Origin: Trichodelitschia bisporula
Lineage: Eukaryota
Length of the DNA stretch: 64,000 bases
Direction of reading: 5' to 3'
NCBI GenBank assembly: GCA_010356995.1
Contig: ML996688.1
Coordinates: forward strand, 1,178,001-1,242,000
The translations under genes were made by a program, and so were the position numbers. Shown piece by piece: positions 1 to 11,724 of the stretch. Under the pieces are notes generated by a model. The model made no database searches and was not told the origin of the DNA. It saw only the letters and a list, made by a program, of their open reading frames with translations. Position 1 is the stretch's first letter, and the number at the start of each line of letters is the position of its first letter.

Positions 1-402
1 TCTCAGAATGGCAAACTCCTGATCCAGGTTGTGCGACCAGACATCTCTCGCACGAGCACTTGGTTGGGCGAGGGCATTCGCAGCAATCGTAGCGGCCTGT
101 TGTACTTGCAGTGAGGCTCCATGTGCAAAGCTCATCTGTGCAGCATGACTGGCGAGTCCTGTACCGCCTCCACCAAGCCCACCGACTCCCCCAAACATCG
201 GAGGACCTGCGCTTCCTGACTGAGGTGCGAATATGTTATTCGGTGTACCTGCGCCGAAGCCAGGATGTCCAGGAAGACTGTGCATTTGCAGATTTGAGTT
301 TGGATGTTGCGGGTGTGACGCCTGGTGTAACGACTGTTGGTTTATGTGGGCGAAAGGGTTGGAGACATTTTGCGCTGGATAGCGCGACGCCTGGGGAGGC
401 AT
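1..402 (-). CDS. CAF1: CCR4-NOT deadenylase subunit Caf1/Pop2 (CNOT7), 5' part; runs off the window edge
   Basis: Minus strand from ATG at 402 reads MPPQASRYPAQNVSNPFAH...GGGGTGLASHAAQMSFAHGA...RARDVWSHNLDQEFAILR. This matches the fungal Caf1 N-terminus and the 'RDVW..NL.QE..ILR' start of the CAF1 domain. Not in the ORF track because it is truncated. Confidence 0.85.
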   Translation of the reverse strand, partial: MPPQASRYPAQNVSNPFAHINQQSLHQASHPQHPNSNLQMHSLPGHPGFGAGTPNNIFAPQSGSAGPPMFGGVGGLGGGGTGLASHAAQMSFAHGASLQVQQAATIAANALAQPSARARDVWSHNLDQEFAILR

Positions 403-964
403 CGTGCGAATCGGTAAGGCGAACGCCTTGTAAACGAAGAGACGCCCGAAGCGCGTAGAGCAATAGCGCCTAAGATGCGAACGATATCGCTAGACTGTCG
501 GACTAAGGATACTGTTGTATCAAACAATAGTGAGGATGGCGCGGGGATCTGCGCGACGTAAGAGATGGTGGCGGGGGGGGATGCGGTGGATCGGGTCAGC
601 ACTCGAAAGGAGGGAAAGGAGCCTTGTCGGAAGCTGAGAGTTAAGGCGTTGATGTAAAGAGAAGTAGCTGCTGGAAGCTGCTGACGTGCTGGTGGGGGGT
701 AAATGCGTGGAAGGTGTTTTGGTGTTGTTGCGGAGACAGTAGGAGCTTTGGCAAGCCCTGGATGCTACATGCCAAGAGACCCCGGATACACGGGTTGTTC
801 CGACGGCTTTGGTGGCTGGCCGTCTTCAACGGAGCATCACCACTAGGCACTGCTTACTGGAGCTCCAGTCGTAAGTCTCGCAACCTTCACTCTGCTTACG
901 CAGCACGTAAGTGTAACTTCTGCTCCACTTGCTACTTAAACTTATCCTCTTTATAGGCACCGCA

Positions 965-1275
965 ATGGCTCCCAACCTCACTGGATTCGACCCCAAAAAG
1001 TTCGCAGCTGCCGCAGGGCAACCAGCAAACGACCCGTGGCGGAGAGCGTAAGTGCCGATGATCCTGCTACACCTTTTGCGCATCTCTGACAGTGTAATAG
1101 GGAGGCATGGCGCTACACCGGCCCTTTTAACCGCTTCAACCGCTTCCGCCGTTCCTTCCCCGGCCTCGGAATCGGCGCTGCGGCTTTTGGCATTTACTAT
1201 GCCTATGATACCCTCGTCGCGCAAGACGATCATAGTCACGGCCATGGTGGTGAGCACAGCAGCACGGGCCATTGA
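965..1275 (+). CDS. NADH:ubiquinone oxidoreductase B12 subunit (NDUFB3-like), 2 exons
   Basis: MAPNLTGFDPKKFAAAAGQPANDPWRRA, intron 1048-1100 (GTAAGT...TAG), then EAWRYTGPFNRFNRFRRSFPGLGIGAAAFGIY...HGHGGEH. The DPW.R.EAWRY and FPG.G.G motifs are typical of this subunit. Confidence 0.85.
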
Positions 1276-1993
1276 TGACGTGCCAAGGGCATACGGCGTT
1301 TGGGTGGGCTCTTATCACGTCAAAACGTGTGTACATAGGTGACAAGGTCGTCTGGTGAAGGGAATAGATTCCGATCAAACCGAAGTTGCCTGACTGCTGC
1401 GGTGCGCACCTATGCTTCGTCTTCTCGAGCATCGAGATGTGGTCGGGGTACGGTGAGGATTGAGCGGTATGGCCTCAAGCCCCGTCGTAGCCACGAGTAT
1501 TCTACTATGAAGCCATTCTTGGTGATACGCCATATGGCATAGTTCCTCTGCCGGTGATGTGAGCCGGCTCGGTGACAACACCTCTCCTTTCACATGCCCC
1601 CATGCTTCTTGCTATAAATTTCACAGGAGACCTTAAGGTGGACATATGAAGACTCATTATTCGAGATACTATTTTTTGTAAGAAAGCGTCTACCCTTACT
1701 CTACAGGACATAATACTCTAGGCTTCATTTGTTGTCCTCACAAGTCGCAGGAGACACGCTTGGGGCTTCTGAACCCGATTTGGCTAAGCGCGACTTGGCA
1801 CACCAAGCCACTTATCAAAGCGGAGTGCGGAACGCTTCCATCTCAAACCGGTTGCCCGCTTTCAATGTGTTGAGAGCCATCTGATTCTACCACAATTCTC
1901 GGTAGTGTTCGTCGACTTGTAGCTCTGTCTACAGCTCTGCCATATCCAACCTCAACACAGCATGCCAAACTTTGCGACTCACCAACCAACGAC

Positions 1994-3118
1994 ATGTCGC
2001 GAATCGTGCCGCCAGTCGATGGCAAGGCGCCGAATCCCGTTCTCTCCAAGGCTGTGATTGAGGGCGTTTCTGGCTTTACAGCTGGAGCAATCACCACTTT
2101 GACTATGCACCCGCTCGATGTCCTCAAAACTCGACTTCAATGTATGTATCCTTCTTCCGCTGATTTCCGCTTTTAATCCCTTCAAGTGAATACTCAGAAG
2201 CCGCAGCTAGGCACATCTTTCCGCATCCTGCGCCAGATTGTTCACACTGAAGGCAACTTTCGGGCGCTCTACAGAGGACTAATGCCTAACTTTGCTGGTA
2301 ACTCCATCAGCTGGTCGCTGTACTTTCTCTGGTATGTCCAGTGTATTGGAGATTCGCCGCAGACCTGATGTCATACAGGTATGATAAAATCAAGACTAGA
2401 GTCCAGACTTTTCGCGGCGACGAAAAGCTTAGCATGAGTGATTACCTTCTCTCCTCGGCGAGCGCTGGTATGTTGCTTTCCGTATGGCGATGATATAAAT
2501 TCACATTCCAAGGAACATTGACTGCAATCTTCACAAATCCCATCTGGGTCGTCAAGACCCGTATGCTGTCTTCCGGTCGAAATGCCCCGGGTGCGTACCG
2601 TAGCATGTCTCATGGTCTTCGTGAGATCGTGCGCACTGAGGGCGTTCGCGGCTTCTGGCGGGGACTGATTCCCTCTCTCTTCGGGATATCCCATGGCGCT
2701 GTCCAGTTTGCTGCCTACGAGATGTTCAAGAACAAGCGCGCAGCAGATCTCGGAAGCCCGAAGCTAAACAACTGGGATATCTTGATCTCGAGCGGCGCAT
2801 CCAAGATCGTCGCCGGAAGCGTGACGTACCCCTACCAGGTCGTCAAGGTTCGACTGCAGTCATATGAGGCGAAGACCAATTATCTCGGGGTCATCGATGT
2901 CCTAGGCAAGATCTGGAAACACGAAGGCGTGATGGGCTTCTACAAAGGGTACGTCTGGTTTCCAGTGACTTACGTGGCTGATATATCTGGACAGTCTAGG
3001 TCCAAACCTGGTACGCGTCCTGCCATCGACTTGTGTTACTTTTCTCGTCTACGAGAACATGAAGACGTCCTTACCGATGGCGTACGATCATCTGATAGGC
3101 ACTAGCCTCGATACGTAG
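1994..3118 (+). CDS. FLX1: Mitochondrial carrier (SLC25), FAD/folate carrier FLX1-like, multi-exon
   Basis: Three carrier repeats (HPLDVLKTRLQ, NPIWVVKTRM, YPYQVVKVRLQ) plus LYRGLMPN...SW.LYF and GLGPNLVRVLPSTCVTFLVYEN after splicing. Stop TAG at 3116-3118. Confidence 0.8.
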
Positions 3119-3446
3119 TCATGGAAGGATAATTCTCAGTGGAAATTCGAGATTCTGCCTTCCAATACTCGGCCAATTATAAGATGTGCCCCGCACCTTC
3201 ATGCGTGACCACATTGGTGCTCTCCTTGCAGATGTGGCGTTCTGGGGCTGAAAGCTGAAGCCAAGGGGTAGCACAGCCTCTGATGCTTGAGGCCGCGACG
3301 GCGGCAACAGCGTCTCTGTCGTAAATAAGAACGACGTTGAAGCTAAGCATTTGCCAACACTTTCGGCACTGGAAGACCAGTCTCGCATTGAAAACCATTC
3401 GTCGTCTTCGGCCCGGCTTACATAAGCACACCAAGGCTGAGTCAAG

Positions 3447-6271
3447 ATGAGTGCGCCGCCGTCTGGCCATCCAGACGTCCTTTCCCATTCCGGCTTTTCG
3501 AGCTGGATCTCAAGTTTCACGCCTGCCTCTCCTCCCCCGACTAATGTGCCGGCTGAGCTGCCGGCAGGCAATCATGCCGTAACTGCAGAGTTGCCGGCCG
3601 AGCCGGTCGACCCGCAGGAACTCCCTGCACCACACCGGACTGGACAAGCCGCGCAAAGCATTCCACAGGAGTTAGACTCCAATGCCGTCATTCAAGGCGC
3701 GCACAACGTCCCACAGGAGTTAGACGCCAATGTCGTCATTCAAGGGGCTCAAGGTGGAGCAGGAACGCAGCAAGTGGTGAGCGCATGTGACTCCAAGGCA
3801 TCTATTAACCGCATGCTAAGTCGTGAATCCAGATTGCGAGGCCGCCTCCGCCTCCCAAGGCTCCCGAGTCTACCGGGCCAGCGCAAGAGCTCGAATCACC
3901 GGTCGACGACAAGCGCGGTCGGACGCAAGGACGAGATGGCAGCGTCATGTTGAATATCGCTGGACTACGTCAAGACGACAAGATACGGAAAGATCGTCTT
4001 CAACTTCGTGTTGCGCGGGACATCACGCTTCTCAAAATCAATGAACTAATCCGGAGCAAAGGTAAGAACCAGTCTCCACTGTCAACCTCGCTGAACCGAA
4101 CCCCAGGTTGTGAGCCGATCCTCGGTGTCTCTTCAAATGACAAGGTCATCTACGGCGTGCGGGGATTGTCTATCCCGTGTCCCGTTCTTGTCACCGATGG
4201 CCCGTCGAACTACTGCATCGATACCGGTCTCCGTATCAATATCGACGAACCTGTCAATGTCTTTCTCTCACGCCTGTCTTTCGTCGTAACCTGCGAGGAC
4301 AACGTGCTGCGCTTCAACAACTCAGACCTAAAAGTCAGCTTCCATCGCACGCTGCGTATCCCCGAGGACGCAAAAACGCACAGCCTGCCAGCTAGTCTCG
4401 GTCGCTTCCCGCTCAACAACATCGCCCCGTACGCGGGAAAGCTGAAGGCAAGCGGGTTACAGGCCATGGCGGCCAAAGGCGGCGTCTTTTTCCCCATGTA
4501 TCAGCGCGAAGCCATGTGGATTTCGTTTGAAAATGGACTGTATCAGAATTTCCAAGTGAAGCTCTTCGTTGGGGGCGTCAATGCCATCTCCGGGCTCCGG
4601 TTCAATGCCGCTATTGGTCCAGGCTCGAAGCAGGACTACATGGTTGTCCCGCCGCAGAAGTGGCTGGACGGCATTGTCGCAGGCTCGGACACCGTGCGGC
4701 AATTTGTTGCTATGCCCATCGGGTCTGGCTATTCAATTGAAAAGCAGGTGACCGGGCGCGAGGACCTAGGTGGACTGCAGCTCCAAATCACACCTGAAAA
4801 GGGACACAGCCTCCAGTTGACGCGCGTTAAGGATGGAAACACACTGCCCGCTGGGTCGCCACGGGAACACGGGTTTCAGGCCGGACAGGACATATATCTT
4901 CGCGAGGCTCACGGTATTCCCATCCAAAGACGAGATGTTGCGCATTTCAAGTCACTGTCTAAGGCTGCATGGGGCTCATCACCGCAGTGGAGGTACAGTA
5001 CCGGCCGACCGGCACTCCTGCGGGAAATCGATACGGGTGATACGAACTTCGATTCCGCCCCTGAGATCTCCCTGAAGGCTATCTACAAGATTCGACTCAC
5101 GATTTGCTACGGACTCTTTGGCCGGAAAAAACTCGATGCCGGTGAATACTACCCTTGGACATACTTCTCTGAGATCCTACACGGCGATCTCGAAATCAAC
5201 GGTTTACCACTGGGAAACTACGACTGGTTTCACCTCAACAAGCCGATAGAAACAGATGTGATGCAGACGCTCCAAGCTTTCACCTCCGAGCCTACCCTCG
5301 AACTCCGTACCCGGCCTCGAAAAGAAGACTCCGCCTCCTACCTCAAGCTGACGGGCGCCGCCATCCTTCTCCTGGCCGCCGCGCCCTTGCTCCTCTGCTT
5401 CTACGCACTAACATGCTGCAACACCCGCGGCCGCCGAGGGACCAAAGCCAACGATGCCGCGCCCATGCAAACAATGGAGAACTCGTTCCAAGGATCCCCA
5501 GACGGGTGGCATGGGTACAACAACGACTACGGAAACTACGGAACCTACGGTGGTCCAGAGCATGCCCCCGGCGCCAACTACTCCGCACCACAGCCCGACC
5601 CGACCCCCCCATCGGCAGCCTGGGACATGGGCATCGCAGCCGGAGGCCGTCTAGCACAGCGCATCCTCGCCGACCCAGCCCCCCAGCGCTCCTGGGCCGT
5701 GCCCCTAACCACACTCGTCAACATCCAGATCCTCAACAGCGTCGCCTTCGAGAGCTTAACCGGGATGCTCGCGCCGCCGACGCCCATCACCGTCGCCTCG
5801 TACCTAGAGGCCGGATATCCGTTCTACCGCGCCTACGGCGAGAAGAGCGCTGAGACGTGGACCGGGGCTGCGGCGTTTGAGATCGTGCGGAGTGTGAGTG
5901 AGCTTGATGAGCAGGGGGGTGTGGGGACGGGGACGGATGTGAGCCGCGCGCGGAATGTGGCGTGTGTGGTGTGTACGCGGGCGTTGTGTGATTGCATGTA
6001 AGTGGCCTGGGATGTGTGTGGTGGTGATGGGTGCTAACGGAGTAGTCTACGGCCTTGCAATCATGCGTTTTGCGGCGAGTGTGTCCGTACCCGTATGACG
6101 AGTGCGCGTGTTATTAGCTGTGCGGTGTGTGGGCAGAGGGCGCAGCAGTGCTTGGGGTTTGCGGGTCCGATGAATTTGCCTGGTCAGGAGGTGGTGGATG
6201 TTTCGAATGCGCAGGTCATTACGCTTGGTGGGCTCGGAACAGCTGAGAAGGCTTCGGCGGCGCGCATTTGA
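3447..6271 (+). CDS. Uncharacterised conserved-domain protein with a hydrophobic segment and C-terminal C3HC4 RING finger, 3 exons
   Basis: 684-aa central ORF (SFHRTLRIPED, GGVFFPMYQREAMWISF, QDYMVVPPQKWLDGI, VRQFVAMPIGSGYSIE). Splicing of an intron near 5998-6045 gives CVVC...CILRPCNHAFCGEC...CAVC. The 5' exon at 3447 joins in frame through an intron at about 3777-3832. Confidence 0.7.
3663..3755 (+). repeat. 48-nt tandem duplication in coding sequence (PQELDSNAVIQGAHNV / PQELDANVVIQGAQ)
   Basis: Two near-identical copies of ccacaggagttagac.ccaatg.cgtcattcaagg. Confidence 0.8.
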
Positions 6272-6737
6272 TGGGCTTTCCTTGCTGGGGATTACGGTGG
6301 CTATGGGCATGAGTATCGTGAGCTGATGTATCTAATGATTTGTCTCATCTAGCAATTGTGGTCAAGCCAGGCGCTTGTATAAAAGCACACAGAATATAGA
6401 TGCAGCAACGGAGTAACTAAGAAGAAAGCAGCGACTGAATCTCATTGATACCGCACATTCATGGCCCACCGTGTCCCCGCAGACAAAAGAGTCGCTCGAA
6501 GTGAGACAAAACGCAGATACACCATTGTTCTCTCAAGCGGTATCAATACGCCATGTACCTTCCCTCTCGCTTATATGTCTATTTTCCTAAACTAAAGGCT
6601 AACCTTCACGAAAGTCGGCCCCATCGGCGTACTCAATACTGTGCCCAAAGGCCATTACATGAAACCGGAGCTTACCGCAGGTACTCAGAATTGTGAGCCC
6701 GTCGGCCACCTAATTCTCAGTAGGGATGTTTGTGAGA

Positions 6738-6791
6738 GAGATCAAATATATCCGTACTGAGAAGCAGGTGGCCGACGGGCTCACAAAGGCT
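6738..6791 (+). mobile_element. Ty1/copia RNase H C-terminal relic
   Basis: Translates to EIKYIRTEKQVADGLTKA, matching the copia pol end motif 'YI.T..Q.AD.LTK'. No rest of pol and no LTRs seen. Confidence 0.55.
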
Positions 6792-7308
6792 CGATATTTT
6801 TCGGTCTATGCAGACGTGGAAGCTATCACGGAAGACCCAAAAAGCAAGTTTTCGACTCGAAACTTTGATTTTCATGCTTCATGTGACGCAGCTGCCACGT
6901 CCGCATAGACCTAAAGGGCCCAAATCGGATACAGTTTGAGGAATGCTCAGTACAGCCTTCGCTGGACTGTATATCGCAAGTTGTGGTTTTGTCGAAGTCT
7001 TGGCATCCTTTATGATGTGATCGGAGTTGCGAGGGTCTTGAGAGCAGAATATTGGGACAGCGGAGTGGTTCAGGTATGCAGCGGTGCAGTTTTTGGAGCG
7101 TCAGACCGACGGATATTATGGTTGTGTGTGATGGTTCTGGGAGTGGGAAGTGGAAGGAAGACTTGAGGTCGTTGGTGGCTCCGGAGATCGGCGCCGAGCT
7201 TCCGACGACGGGGATGGCGTAGCATCATTTTTGGAGAGTCCAGCGGTCACCGCTGGCGACCGTCAATTTCGACTTCACGACCAACACCTCCACCTCCCCA
7301 CCTCCACC

Positions 7309-8285
7309 ATGGCTGCTCCCGCATACTGGAGGTCGCCGTTTAGCATCGTGAAGCGGTTACGGGTCAGCTCTACCTCAAGTCTTCAATTGAATGCGTATAC
7401 TGACTGACGAGCAGATATCTCCCTCCACACAACTGCAATCGCGATGTCAGCGAGCAGGTCTTGCGGACATCTCAAACAATGACCAACTCAAAATCTCGCC
7501 CTCGAACAACACTCCTGAGTACTTGCTAACTCGCCTTTTGCAACCCACGGCTAACCCTCGCAGGACATTAACGCCGGAAGAGCTGGAGAAGCTACCAGTG
7601 TAGGCACGCCCAATCCAACCCCACTCCACCTGTCCTAACAATCTGCAGCGGCTTGCGCAATATATCCCAAAAAGTCCGCGACACGGTGCTCAGCATGCCG
7701 CTTCCCATGAGCGTCCAAGCAGCCTACCTCCGACCTATGCGCCGGCCCTCGACCCTCGGGCTCCCCGTCTGCGACCTACAGCTCCGCTCATATTCGATAC
7801 GCAATCTCGAGTTCTTCGCCGACTTTGCACTGCGCGCTGCATACTACCTAGGCCTTCCGGCGAAAGGCCCCGTTCCGCTGCCGCGCATCACAGAGCGATG
7901 GACGGTACCACGCTCCAACTTCGTGCACAAGAAGTCGCAGGAGAACTTTGAGCGCATCACTCTGCGCCGCCTTATCCAGATTCAGGACGGTCATCCTGAC
8001 GTCGTGCAGTGTTGGCTCGGATACCTGGAGCGTCGATCATATCACGGTATTGGCATGAAGGCGAATGTCTGGGAATGGGAGGGCCTGAAGGTTGGCAAGC
8101 GCATGGATGAGCAGGCGAAACAGGCAGACCAGGCCATACAAGACAAGTGGGGTAATTTCGGTGTGAGGGTGAATGCGGCAACGGCGGAGAAGATGGAGAA
8201 GTTGCTGAGCGGCAAGGCGTTCTCGCAGCAGCCGCGGCCTATGGAAGCCTTCATCCGCGAGCCAATCGAGATCAAGAGGGGGTAG
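7309..8285 (+). CDS. RSM10: Mitochondrial ribosomal protein S10 (uS10m), multi-exon
   Basis: CDLQLRSYSIRNLEFFADFALRAAYYLGLPAKGPVPLPRITERWTVPRSNFVHKKSQENFERITLRRLIQI. The N-terminal exon MAAPAYWRSPFSIVKRLR resembles a mitochondrial presequence. Confidence 0.9.
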
Positions 8286-9132
8286 ATGCGCGGCGATTAG
8301 GAGGCTTTGTATTCCTCTCAGCTCCGTAATGTGCATTCGAGGCCGACTGCTCCTGCGCGTGGACTCCGACAATGCTGTCCGTACCGCGCCATGAAAACTG
8401 GAGAAGCCGCGTTAGCACCTGCCTTGGACATGTACCGATATTTTCCAATAGCCGCACCAATGGGGGAATTGGAATATTCCCAACCTCAAATGACAAGGGC
8501 CATTCGATACCAAGTTCCCGCATTTGACGCATACTAGGTAAACGCAGACGCGCATTCGTCACCATTTTTTTATCTGCTTGATTGGGCCTGTACATTAATC
8601 ATCTGAGTTGTCGCCTAACGTCTCGCCAAAGCACATATTTAGCCTCGCGCAAGTCTTCAGATTATGCGCCTCAGCCTTGGCCCGCTACTATTCCCCATCC
8701 TCCGGACATCAGCGCGCCACTCCTCCGGCGACGCGGGCGCATGCAGATCTTCTGCAGTCCAACGGCCCGGCCCTTGGCCTTTTTTGCCCTTTCCGCCCGC
8801 ACGTTTTCTGCGGCAAGCTTGTAGGTAGCCCGCTTTGTCCGGAGCCTACTGTACTCCCTCTCCGTCCCGCCCTCCCCGCGGGGCAAGGCGTCCGGAGTAA
8901 TGGTCGCGTACCCGTATGGGTCGTTCGCGGGCCGGGCGGGTGACAGGCGGGACCGCTTGCGTTCGAGCGTTATTACGCCATGGGCGCGGGCGTGCCATAG
9001 TAAGTGCTTGGTGTACGCGTGCTGAGTCGTTGAACTGCTAAGTCCAAGTCCTCGAAATACCGCTTTCGTTGTCGAGTATCATCAATTTCACGAGTGAGTT
9101 TGGCAGAAGTTGTGGAGTGGAGTGTGAGATTG

Positions 9133-9882
9133 ATGATGGCAGTGTATCCCAAAACACAGCCCTACACGCCCTACCACGACACTACGGACGAGGAAGCCTC
9201 CGTCCACGGCGAAGACGCCGCCTTCCTCGAGAAGCCCGGGAATGGGAAGAAGGCACTGCCGCCGAGTCGTGTTGTCCGCGTTGCGCGCACTGTTTTCTCT
9301 CTCGCTACGCTCACTTGCTTCCTGAGCGCTGTGACCGCCGCTACGGTCCTCACGCTCTTCATCCAAAGCCAGCACCACTGGGGCATCGCGACGTCCATGC
9401 TTCAATTCCGCAACCCCGCCGCCAACGACTTGGCCAGCTACACTGCTTTGCAGAGCTACCACTGCGGGAGCACACCCGCCGAAGCGCGGGCCCTGGGATG
9501 CGTATTCGACGTCATGAGCTTCGCATGGACGCCGCCCGCATGCTACGACCAGTCCGTCTCCGCCGCCGTGATCGAGGCGCAGGGCCCGTGGGTGTTCTAC
9601 CTAGACCACAACGCCACGCAACCGATCCCCGATAGCTTGGAGGCGCTGAGCAGCGAGGTAGTCGTGTGGACGGAGCATAGTTATCACGTTGCGCATTGTC
9701 TTTACGCGTGGGAGCGGATTCACCGGGCGTATTTGAGTGTTGAGAAGCTGTTGCCGGCGGAGGTGGGGAATGTGAATCATACGCTGCATTGTGTGGGGCT
9801 TTTGAATGGGGAGCAGAGTGAGAAGAAGACGGTTAATGCGATTGCGTATATGGTGTTTGATTCTTGTGTGGATTTGAATTAG
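9133..9882 (+). CDS. UstYa/DUF3328-like oxidase A (single exon, type II membrane anchor, two HxxHC motifs)
   Basis: TM segment VFSLATLTCFLSAVTAATVLTLFI, then CGSTPAEARALGCVFDVMSFAWTPPAC, and HVAHC and HTLHC. First ATG at 9133; the ORF track start at 9094 is GTG. Confidence 0.75.
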   Translation: MMAVYPKTQPYTPYHDTTDEEASVHGEDAAFLEKPGNGKKALPPSRVVRVARTVFSLATLTCFLSAVTAATVLTLFIQSQHHWGIATSMLQFRNPAANDLASYTALQSYHCGSTPAEARALGCVFDVMSFAWTPPACYDQSVSAAVIEAQGPWVFYLDHNATQPIPDSLEALSSEVVVWTEHSYHVAHCLYAWERIHRAYLSVEKLLPAEVGNVNHTLHCVGLLNGEQSEKKTVNAIAYMVFDSCVDLN

Positions 9883-11724
9883 GGGGGTGGGGAAGGGGAG
9901 GATGGGAGGATAGATTGGAACTGGGATTTGAACGGAGCAGACAGACTATCATGAATGAATACGAGCATAATGAACCGAGAAGCGTATCGGCGACGTCTTT
10001 CACGCTCATAGAAGCAAAAGCTTCTTTCCTCATCCTCCTTCAAAGTGCACAACCGTCCTCACAGCCGCCCTGCCTCCCGCAGCCCTCCATCCCAGCACCC
10101 AGCTCTCCTCCACTCCCCCACCCCCCCCCCCAAAACCAACCCGTCAAACGTTCCACAACATCATAGCAACCACGTTATCCCCCAAGCCATCCAGCCGTGT
10201 CACGTTACATCGCAGCCCACCCGCCATACGTACATCCATCGACAAGGCCGTTGAGGAATCGAACCCCGGCCATCGCCCACGTTACACAACATATGCCGTG
10301 CGCGCCCCCATCGCAACGACGTTGCACTCAGGCACCGGTGACCCGCGGGGAAGACTCGCCCGATGATCGGCAGTAACATCCGCACGGGTATCAGCGCGAT
10401 GAAGCGCGGCGTCGGTAAGGCTAAAGCTTTTTTGTTGCTTCTTTGTTAAGGCGTGCCGGCGAGCACGGATGATGTTTGATCGCGGCTCTCCCGCAGCCAC
10501 CCGTGCGCCTCTCTGGCCCGTCCCGGGCCGGGCGGGAAGAAATGGCCGATGCCGATCGTCGTGTGTGGCGCCGAAGGTCTTAGCTCCGGATGAGGGGCTT
10601 CGATGGACTTCATTCCGACGTCTACTGTAACCTCACTTCAATGTTCAGCTCTCTTCACCGTTACCAGTGCAACTCGCGGACTCTCAGCCCTCCAGTCCAA
10701 GATTCCCACTCGTCCCGCTGCATCCTTCCTCCCCCATCCCGGTACTTCCCCAAACCTGCACCCCCCAGCACAGCAAGCAGACGCTAGCCACGTGTCCCGT
10801 CGAGAACCACACCTCCGAACACAGGACGCAAAGCTTGCCTTCACCCAGTCTTCCAAGTCTATCGGCGAGTAAACACCGCGCCGTTGAAAGGGCCCACCAG
10901 CAGCAAACTTGTCCCAGCTCCGGAGGCGGACGCGAATTGGTCAATTCCACATTCAAAAACACGCAAAGCTCGGCCGTTCATGCACTGCTCTGACCCCGCA
11001 TAGAAGATTACGACGAGTTGCTGCCAATGGCCCCGCTGAAAACATCCGAACGGTCAGAGCTCTCCCCGCCGCATATACGCTCCGCGGTCGTTCACCCCGC
11101 ACCTTCTTGCCTAACTACTGGGGCAGCACAACGGCCGTCCCACCGGCCAATCCCCCACCCACCGCCACAGACCATAAGCCGGCGGCGGCGTGCATATCGT
11201 GCCCACAAAGGCCGATATATCGGGCGTTGCACAGCTGCCGGGGGCCGTTGCGATCGGATTGCATTTCTTGCACCTTCTATCTGACCGTTCGAAGCCAGTA
11301 TGCGGAAGAGGTACGGGCTAAGATGTGCTATGTACATGATGGGCTCCCGCCGGCGTATGCTGTGAGCCTGTATATGCGGCCCCGCCGAGGCCCCGGAATA
11401 TCGCTCCCCGCCCACTCCGTCTGCCGCGCGTTCTGTGCCGACGACCGTGCTGGCTTGTGTCACCACACCACTGATAGTGCTAACAGCGCCATTTGCGAAT
11501 CGTTTGCTTCTCGCGAAATCCGAGAAGGATCCCATGATCTCCTCGCGACACCGTCCTCCCCCTCCCCCAGCCCACCAGCAAATGCTCCACCGTCCATCCA
11601 AACGCCAAACATGCCATCCAATTCCTGACCCAATGATCCTCCCAGAAGCCGTCCATGCATCCCCCCATCCACCCATCCGTCCGTCCGTCCCGCCCATACC
11701 CATCCCACCATGCAGTAGCCCCGC

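Noticed and set aside
9900..11700. Several 60-240 aa ORFs between oxidase A and the transcription factor
   Set aside because: Low-complexity Pro/Ser-rich translations with no motif I recognise.
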